This document shows positions 18,473 to 23,694 of a DNA stretch of 64,000 nt, in pieces. Numbering within the stretch: the stretch's first letter is position 1; each line of letters starts with the position of its first letter. Below the pieces are notes generated by a model that was not told the origin of the DNA, ran no database searches, and was given only the letters and a program-made list of their open reading frames with translations. The position numbers were made by a program, and so were the translations under genes. The stretch comes from a virus: the IMG/VR virus record IMGVR_UViG_3300046501_000132, positions 32,001 through 96,000 of that record; one strand, given 5' to 3'.

Positions 18473-18566
18473 TGGCGGAGACTGTGAGGCTTGAACTCAC
18501 ACACCCATTTCTGAGCCTTCGACTTTCAAGGTCGCTGCCGCTAGGCCACACTCGGCTAAAGTCTCC
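18473..18566 (-). tRNA. tRNA-Ser(UGA)
   Basis: Anticodon TGA, long variable arm, GCCA. Confidence 0.9.
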
Positions 18567-18571
18567 ATATT

Positions 18572-18674
18572 ATTTGAAGGGTGGGAGCATACCCCACTTG
18601 CGCCTCTTATCGATTTACAGGCTCTGACGCACTCAACGCTGACTAGCCGTCTGCTTTCGGCATTTCCTTCAAAT
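18572..18674 (-). ncRNA. Candidate structured RNA with acceptor/T-arm-like domain
   Basis: Closing stem ATTTGAAGG/CCTTCAAAT; GTGGG-7nt-CCCAC stacked on it; TGCGTC/GGCGCA stem. Confidence 0.5.
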
Positions 18675-18675
18675 T

Positions 18676-18751
18676 TGGCAGCCCCACTAGGGATCGAACC
18701 TAGAATCCAGGAGTCAAAGTCCTGTGTTATAACCAGTTTAACTATAGAGCA
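18676..18751 (-). tRNA. tRNA-Gln(UUG)
   Basis: CAGGA-CT-TTG-AC-TCCTG, GCCA. Confidence 0.92.
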
Positions 18752-18762
18752 ATTGATCTTAC

Positions 18763-19011
18763 TTACATCTTTGCGAGAATCTCGTATTCCCGAATAAGAA
18801 ACACGGTTTCGCCATCCACCACTGTCCGCTTGGCCTCAGCCCAATTCGGAACAATTACATCATCAATCTCGATGAGTCCGGCGCTTACTTCATCACCAAC
18901 AGCGATTACCTTACCATAAGTGGCAGTGTTAGTGCTCGTGATGATAAGAGTGGTACTTTGCGCTTCAACCTTTACTTCGGTAAAGGCAACATTATCAAAA
19001 AGTGGCTTCAT
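18763..19011 (-). CDS. GroES-like co-chaperonin
   Basis: MKPLFDNV, GKVIAVG, LIREYEILA motifs. Confidence 0.85.
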   Translation of the reverse strand: MKPLFDNVAFTEVKVEAQSTTLIITSTNTATYGKVIAVGDEVSAGLIEIDDVIVPNWAEAKRTVVDGETVFLIREYEILAKM

Positions 19012-19032
19012 TTATGTTCCATTTAAAATTCT

Positions 19033-19109
19033 TGGTGCCCCCGGAGAGATTTGAACTCCCGACCCTCCGCTTACAAGGCGGACGCTCTGGCCAGCTGAGC
19101 TACAAGGGC
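19033..19109 (-). tRNA. tRNA-Thr(UGU)
   Basis: TCCGC-CT-TGT-AA-GCGGA, CCA. Confidence 0.94.
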
Positions 19110-19164
19110 ATAGACCGATTTTTAACGTTGCTACGGTCGTCAACGCTTCCCATCCCTGAGAATT

Positions 19165-19249
19165 TGGTGCGAGCGGAGAGACTTGAACTCTCAATCCCGA
19201 AGGCCACGGCTTCTAAGACCGTTGCGTATGCCAATTCCGCCACGCTCGC
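19165..19249 (-). tRNA. tRNA-Leu(UAG)
   Basis: Anticodon TAG, variable arm, A73, CCA. Confidence 0.94.
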
Positions 19250-19256
19250 AAATATA

Positions 19257-19344
19257 GGAGGGAACCAGTAACTTCGGGGAACTGGCGCCGCGATCATCCC
19301 TCTCAGCGGTCTTCATTTGCAAGTCCAATGGTGGCCAGGCAAAT
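19257..19344 (-). ncRNA. Candidate pseudoknotted RNA 3' of the HD gene
   Basis: Crossing stems CCGC/GCGG and GAGGGA/TCCCTC with nested CCAGT/ACTGG; upstream ATTTGC/GCAAAT hairpin. Confidence 0.5.
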
Positions 19345-19347
19345 TCT

Positions 19348-19905
19348 TTACAACGGGAATTTCTTCCCAGCGCTAATCAACGCTTTCTTCTTGATCTTGA
19401 AGCTCGTACTTTCTTGTCCACCAAACATCTTACAGTTGGCGATTATCTCAGCCCAAGCAGTAAAATATAAGGATGGAGCTAGAGGATGTTTCCAAAGATT
19501 AACAATATCATCACCCTTCAGTGTATGGAACTCCATATCCTTTAAGATGAGTATTGCCGTCTCAAGATCGTCCGGCCAGATCGTAAAGTATTGAGCACAA
19601 GAATACTTAGCGTGATCAGGAAAACGTTGCTTACCATCTTCTCCCACGACTCTAGCTAGATGCTTACCGCAATCGTGGTAAATATGATACTGCTTCAAAT
19701 CCTTAATGTAATGTTTAGTCCGTTCATATATCTCTCCGATCTACGGAGGAAGATCAATGATTTGCTCACCACCCTCAAGCTGATTAATCAACTCTTGGTA
19801 CGCCTCGTGAACCGCGTTTCCGTGATCCAACATATTCATCGTTTCGAACTGGTAGCAATTACTCATCGCTTCTTTCAGTTCGTATAGAGATTTAGCTAGC
19901 TGCAT
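19348..19905 (-). CDS. HD-domain phosphohydrolase, 185 aa if the in-frame TAG at 19741-19743 is read through
   Basis: MQLAK...LDHGNAV...IDLPP-TAG-IGEIYERTKHYIKDLKQYHIYHDCGK...FPDHA; the two tracked ORFs share a frame. Confidence 0.8.
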
Positions 19906-20239
19906 TTGGACCCTTCCAGAGTTTATACTTACTGAACGTCTTACGTTGCTCAGCCGTGATCGGTTCAGTTGCGAAAGAAGTGAATCCATAATCCCAATCA
20001 GGCTCATAGAAGGCTTCACATCGAATCCCACGATCAATAGTACGTTTCATTGCTACCTCCAACTTTTCCTTATTAGGAATTTGGAGCATAATCAACGAGG
20101 AAGGTTCATTTGACTTTCTATCAAATGAATGACCGGCTTCTAGCGCGGCGTGACAAGCCTGAACGATCTGCTGTTCAATCGGCAAGTCGGTACGGATGAA
20201 AACATACACCCAAGTCTTTTCAGCGTTCTACGATTTCAT
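19892..20239 (-). CDS. PTH2-like peptidyl-tRNA hydrolase, 115 aa if the in-frame TAG at 20228-20230 is read through
   Basis: ATG AAA TCG TAG AAC GCT GAA AAG ACT TGG GTG TAT...; YVFIRTDL...VQACHAALE PTH2 motif. Confidence 0.78.
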
Positions 20240-20279
20240 TTCTATCTCACTTTGTTTAACTACATTAAAACCAAATATA

Positions 20280-20355
20280 TGGTGGCTCGTACCGGGATCG
20301 AACCGGTGACCAGCGGATTTAGAATCCACCGCTCTACCAACTGAGCTAACGAGCC
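20280..20355 (-). tRNA. Amber suppressor tRNA (anticodon CUA)
   Basis: Canonical 76-nt cloverleaf: GGCTCGT/ACGAGCC-A-CCA; GTGGA-TT-CTA-AA-TCCGC. Confidence 0.93.
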
Positions 20356-20365
20356 ATTATATATT

Positions 20366-20451
20366 TGGTACCTCGGGTGGGATTCGAACCCACACTCCCT
20401 TTCGGGAAGGGGATTTTGAATCCCCCGCGTCTACCGTTCCGCCACCAAGGC
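20366..20451 (-). tRNA. tRNA-Leu(CAA)
   Basis: GGGGA-TT-CAA-AA-TCCCC, variable arm, CCA. Confidence 0.94.
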
Positions 20452-20453
20452 AA

Positions 20454-20532
20454 TGGTCTGGGTGGTAGGATTTGAACCTACGACCTCCTAGTTCCAAACC
20501 AGGCCGTCTGACCAGACTGACATTACACCCAG
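20454..20532 (-). tRNA. tRNA-Pro(UGG)
   Basis: Anticodon TGG, C1-G72, CCA. Confidence 0.92.
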
Positions 20533-20541
20533 ATAAAACTT

Positions 20542-20621
20542 TGATCCTCTTTGTGGGCATCGAACCCACGTCTCCAGCGCATCAACGCCCCGGTATGCTA
20601 TCCATCTACACCATCAGAGGA
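20542..20621 (-). pseudogene. Degenerate tRNA/tRNA-like element (GAT triplet in an irregular anticodon arm)
   Basis: Acceptor TCCTCT/AGAGGA, T-arm GTGGG-TTCGATG-CCCAC, bulged anticodon arm, no CCA. Confidence 0.55.
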
Positions 20622-20629
20622 TTAAAACT

Positions 20630-20705
20630 TGGCCCCGCCCTCAGGTTACGATCCTGACCCTCAAGCTTTTCAAGCATGCGCTTCCACCAGGTTAGCTTGA
20701 GCGGG
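20630..20705 (-). tRNA. tRNA-Phe(GAA), atypical T-loop
   Basis: Loop TT-GAA-AA; T-loop ATCGTAA; G73. Confidence 0.8.
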
Positions 20706-20712
20706 ATAAAAC

Positions 20713-20785
20713 TGGATGCGGGCGCAGGTAACGATCCTGCTTCCATCAAGGCTTATGAGACCTGAGTCCACCACTGGAACCCGCA
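20713..20785 (-). tRNA. tRNA-Met-type (CAU), short D-arm, atypical T-loop
   Basis: Loop CT-CAT-AA; D-arm TCC-AGTGGT-GGA; T-loop ATCGTTA; CCA. Confidence 0.7.
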
Positions 20786-20793
20786 TTTGAAAC

Positions 20794-20869
20794 TGGTACA
20801 GACTGTAGGGATCGAACCTACGACAGCCATCTTGTAAGGATGGAACTCTACCAACTGAGCTAAGTCTGC
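20794..20869 (-). tRNA. tRNA-Val(UAC)
   Basis: CCATC-CT-TAC-AA-GATGG, CCA. Confidence 0.94.
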
Positions 20870-20878
20870 ATTAAAACT

Positions 20879-20955
20879 TGGTGGATGTACTAGGACTTGA
20901 ACCTAGAACCTTCCGGGTAAGAGCCGGATACTCTATCCAATTGAGTTACACATCC
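20879..20955 (-). tRNA. tRNA-Lys(CUU)
   Basis: TCCGG-CT-CTT-AC-CCGGA, CCA. Confidence 0.92.
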
Positions 20956-20964
20956 ATATTACGA

Positions 20965-21057
20965 TTGAGACACCCAGGCCCTTGTTGTAGTGGTAGGGGC
21001 TTAACCTACCGGCAATAGAGTCCAGACTTTGCCGCAATACATTCTCGGGCATCTCAA
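20965..21057 (-). ncRNA. Candidate structured RNA with long terminal stem and distal T-arm-like hairpin
   Basis: TTGAGATGCCCG/TGGGTGTCTCAA closing stem; CGGCAA/TTGCCG; GGTAGG-TTAAGCC-CCTACC. Confidence 0.55.
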
Positions 21058-21170
21058 AACCTTAAATTCCTGGTTGATCTTGCGACTAAACGCCACTCCC
21101 ATCTTGAACCGGACCAACCACCGGTACAGAGTGTCATCATATCCTAGTCGTCACTAGGACAAAGAATCTT

Positions 21171-21407
21171 GCCAATAATTTTGCTAACTGCCTCAGACCG
21201 CCACAACATCGGTCTTCATTATCCGGAAATTTTCGCGCGTCCGGTGGTGCAATTGCTTGCTTTGATGTATGCTACTTGGGGCCTACTTATCGTCTCTCCA
21301 GAGATACGCGGGAATCGAACCCGTCAATTTTCTCAAATCTCTGACTCTGCAGAAGTCTCGGAAAAGGATTTGGTACCTTGCTAGTAACAGTTAGCAAAAT
21401 TATTGGC
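21171..21407 (-). ncRNA. 237-nt element closed by a perfect 20-bp inverted repeat
   Basis: GCCAATAATTTTGCTAACTG (21171-21190) / CAGTTAGCAAAATTATTGGC (21388-21407); internal CGGG-TTCGATT-CCCG T-loop. Confidence 0.65.
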
Positions 21408-21482
21408 TCCGCATCTGAGTAACGATCTCAGCTAATCTCTGATTAACAGTCAGGTCCGTGCACCATGCTCGAATTCTGCGGA
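21404..21482 (-). tRNA. tRNA-Asn(GUU), atypical T-loop and D-arm
   Basis: Loop CT-GTT-AA; CTGAG-ATCGTTA-CTCAG; GCCA. Confidence 0.8.
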
Positions 21483-21500
21483 ACAGCACAAAACTACTTA

Positions 21501-21576
21501 GGGGTGACTAGTCGGACTTGAACCGACACTTACCTGACTCACAATCAGGTTCTCTACCGATTGAGATATAGCCACA
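21501..21576 (-). tRNA. tRNA-His(GUG), U at -1, 3' end encoded as CCT
   Basis: GTGGCTA/TAGTCAC, C73, loop TT-GTG-AG. Confidence 0.88.
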
Positions 21577-21599
21577 CCTAAGCACTCTTGTAGAATTAC

Positions 21600-21716
21600 T
21601 TAGGGAACATCTTTTTCTTGTACTTCGCGCCTCAACAGCCACTCCACCAACCCACGACTGATAAAGGCAAACAACAACCAAATACCTAGGAACCAACAAG
21701 CTTCAGTCTTTTCCAT
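21600..21716 (-). CDS. 38-aa putative membrane peptide
   Basis: MEKTEACWFLGIWLLFAFISRGLVEWLLRREVQEKDVP; start overlaps the end of the upstream ORF. Confidence 0.5.
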   Translation of the reverse strand: MEKTEACWFLGIWLLFAFISRGLVEWLLRREVQEKDVP

Positions 21717-21891
21717 TCATTCGGTCAAACCACTCTTTCGTACACTGAGGATATTGTCTCAGAAACTCAGCGTTAGATTGTTTATACAACTTCTCAACTA
21801 GCTTGCTATCTTTCTTCTCAACCTTCGCGTCATAGACAGCGGTGCCTTTGGCAAACTCGATGTCTCTGACCCAAACCGACCTACTAGCCAT
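21703..21891 (-). CDS. Hypothetical protein (62 aa)
   Basis: AAGGA RBS, ATG at 21891 immediately after tRNA-Lys. Confidence 0.6.
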   Translation of the reverse strand: MASRSVWVRDIEFAKGTAVYDAKVEKKDSKLVEKLYKQSNAEFLRQYPQCTKEWFDRMNGKD

Positions 21892-21903
21892 CTTTCTAAT
21901 CCT

Positions 21904-21980
21904 TGGTTGGAGCACTGGGATTTGAACCCAGAACTTTCCGGGTAAAAGCCGGATACTCTATCCAGTTGAGTTATACTCCA
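21904..21980 (-). tRNA. tRNA-Lys(UUU)
   Basis: TCCGG-CT-TTT-AC-CCGGA; paralogous to the Lys(CUU) copy. Confidence 0.92.
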
Positions 21981-21986
21981 TTTAAC

Positions 21987-22063
21987 TGGAGCGGGTGACA
22001 GGATTCGAACCTGCGACGAACTGCTTGGAAGGCAGACACTCTACCGAGCTGAGTTACACCCGC
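21987..22063 (-). tRNA. tRNA-Gly(UCC)
   Basis: Anticodon TCC, U73, CCA. Confidence 0.94.
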
Positions 22064-22070
22064 ATAAAAC

Positions 22071-22148
22071 TGGCGTCCCCACCGGGGGTCAAACCCGGTT
22101 CTCGTCCTTGAAAGGGACGGGTTCTAATCTACCGTAAACTACAGGGAC
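22071..22148 (-). tRNA. tRNA-Glu(UUC), second copy
   Basis: CGTCC-CT-TTC-AA-GGACG; T-loop TTTGACC; GCCA. Confidence 0.85.
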
Positions 22149-22157
22149 TTAAAACTT

Positions 22158-22234
22158 TGGCGACACGTAGGGGATTCGAACCCCTGACCTTCGGATAGAC
22201 AATCCACTGCTCTACCAGCCTGAGCTAACGTGCC
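22158..22234 (-). tRNA. tRNA-Asp(GUC)
   Basis: Anticodon GTC, GCCA. Confidence 0.92.
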
Positions 22235-22277
22235 GTATTTCTTTCTCGCTTCGTATTACTACTTAGTCGATGTAATA

Positions 22278-22306
22278 ATTATAACCCCGACTATGTGATA
22301 AGTAAA
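22278..22306 (-). promoter_or_regulatory. Sigma70/early-type promoter inside the tRNA cluster
   Basis: TTTACT-N17-TATAAT; upstream of the sub-cluster containing the suppressor module. Confidence 0.75.
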
Positions 22307-22313
22307 ATGAATC

Positions 22314-22388
22314 TGGAGTGGGTAACTGGATTCTAACCAGTGTAGCAAGGTTTTGCAGACCTGCACCTAAACACTCGGACACACCCAC
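22314..22388 (-). tRNA. tRNA-Cys(GCA)
   Basis: Loop CT-GCA-AA, U73; T-loop TTAGAAT. Confidence 0.85.
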
Positions 22389-22491
22389 ATAAATGATAGG
22401 CCGGTGGGGTGTCAGCAATAACCCTTACCCAAGGGTCCGTGTTTCCCATCCTCCGTTTACTTTCCTTACCTATCGGGACTTGCATGCAACT

Positions 22492-22579
22492 TGGCGGAAG
22501 ATGAAGGATTCGAACCTTCGTGCCGTTTCCAACGCGCTCCTTAGCAGGGAGGCCCAATAAGCCACTCTGGCAATCTTCC
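22492..22579 (-). tRNA. tRNA-Ser(GCU)
   Basis: Anticodon GCT, long variable arm, GCCA. Confidence 0.92.
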
Positions 22580-22580
22580 T

Positions 22581-22745
22581 TTACTCACTATGAAACTTAT
22601 CAACCATTCGATTGAATTTCTTCTTGAATGATCGCATCACACGCTTGCGGGATTTCCTTGGAGGACAACAGCATCGGCAATGCCAACCACCGCCTCCAAT
22701 ACAAGCGTGTACCATTTTCATAAAACAGCCTTTCTCTTTCATCAT
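22581..22745 (-). CDS. 54-aa basic, Cys-rich peptide
   Basis: GGAG RBS; MMKEKGCFMKMVHACIGGGGWHCRCCCPPRKSRKRVMRSFKKKFNRMVDKFHSE. Confidence 0.6.
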   Translation of the reverse strand: MMKEKGCFMKMVHACIGGGGWHCRCCCPPRKSRKRVMRSFKKKFNRMVDKFHSE

Positions 22746-22794
22746 GATCTCCATTTGGTGTTATACCTAATGTCGCATCATAATCTCCTAATCT

Positions 22795-22882
22795 TGGAGG
22801 AAAGTCAGGGATTCGAACCCTGGAACCCTTTCGGGTTTCTTGCTTTCTAGACAAGTGCAATCGACCGCTCTGCCAACCTTCC
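22795..22882 (-). tRNA. tRNA-Ser(AGA)
   Basis: CTTGT-CT-AGA-AA-GCAAG; long variable arm; CCA. Confidence 0.88.
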
Positions 22883-22932
22883 AAAACCCAAACGCATCCT
22901 CTACCGCGAAGAATTGCCCAGGTGTTATAATC

Positions 22933-23007
22933 TGGTACCGGGTAGTGGATTCGAACCACTGACCTAACGATTATCGATCGTTTGCACTACCGCTGTGCTA
23001 ACCCGGT
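22933..23007 (-). tRNA. tRNA-Ile(GAU), C33
   Basis: AACGA-TC-GAT-AA-TCGTT, CCA. Confidence 0.9.
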
Positions 23008-23009
23008 AT

Positions 23010-23125
23010 TGGCGAATACGTATGGAATTGAACCAATCTGTGGAACGTGATCACCTGGAAGGACAGACGCCTGTTTTGTCACTTCCCCACATTTCTCTAT
23101 GATCCTAGACCCTCGTCACATATTC
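23010..23125 (-). ncRNA. ~116-nt tRNA-like RNA with extended body
   Basis: Acceptor GAATATG/CGTATTC-GCCA; T-loop TTCAATT; nested stems TGTGG/CCACA, GGAAG/CTTCC, GACA/TGTC. Confidence 0.7.
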
Positions 23126-23132
23126 GTAAAAC

Positions 23133-23208
23133 TGGTAGTAATGGACGGATTCGAACCGCCGACCAATTCCGTATGAAGGAACTGCTCTACCAACTGAGCT
23201 ACATTACC
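23133..23208 (-). tRNA. tRNA-Met(CAU), elongator-type
   Basis: GTTCC-TT-CAT-AC-GGAAT, G1:U72 pair, CCA. Confidence 0.9.
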
Positions 23209-23332
23209 ATAGAAGTGACCCAAGTTTTAGGATAATAGACACCGCTTCTACCATCGTCGTTCTATCATTTTATCTCCATAACAACAATAGACACTTTGGC
23301 GATGGTCAAGGCCAGTCACTTATATTTACATC

Positions 23333-23421
23333 TGGTGGGGACGGTAGGACTCGAACCTACAGCGTTTCTTATGTCACAGATTTACAGTCTGCTGCCTTCG
23401 ACCAATTCGGCACACATCCCC
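23333..23421 (-). tRNA. tRNA-Tyr(GUA)
   Basis: GCAGA-CT-GTA-AA-TCTGT, long variable arm, CCA. Confidence 0.92.
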
Positions 23422-23432
23422 AATAAAACTAC

Positions 23433-23621
23433 TTAGTTGCCCTTCCGAGCAACTGGAGCCTTGTCATCCGGACCACGACGCTTCGCGGTGTACAGACGCT
23501 TGGAAGCATCCTTACCGTGAAGAGGCTTGGTCTTTGCCGGACCACTACCACCGCCCTTACGAACAGCGGAGATTTGCTTTGCTGCTGCATTCTTCTTTGC
23601 AGCCTTGCTTTGACGAGACAT
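23433..23621 (-). CDS. Small highly basic protein (possible nucleic-acid binder)
   Basis: AAGG RBS; Lys/Arg/Ala-rich 62 aa. Confidence 0.7.
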   Translation of the reverse strand: MSRQSKAAKKNAAAKQISAVRKGGGSGPAKTKPLHGKDASKRLYTAKRRGPDDKAPVARKGN

Positions 23622-23694
23622 CCTTTAAATCCTTTTCAATGATTTTAACCGTTAGGCTTGAGAAGGAATCTGTTCACAAATTCCTTCCTCAGCC

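Noticed and set aside
20240-20279. Theta (HDV-like) ribozyme 3' of the suppressor tRNA
   Set aside because: The trailer is a 40-nt AU-rich stretch with no nested double pseudoknot.
21171-21407. Retron msr-msd or MITE
   Set aside because: Terminal inverted repeats are present, but there is no reverse transcriptase or transposase in the window and no target-site duplication is evident.
18052-23235. Tracked ORFs overlapping tRNAs (e.g. 18052-18258, 19012-19194, 20357-20569, 22333-22557, 22600-22959)
   Set aside because: They are translations of tRNA sequence (VQIL/VRIP patterns), not genes.
23297-23320. Fluoride riboswitch-like GGCGATGG on the plus strand
   Set aside because: Lacks the complementary P1 arm and lies antisense to the transcribed cluster.
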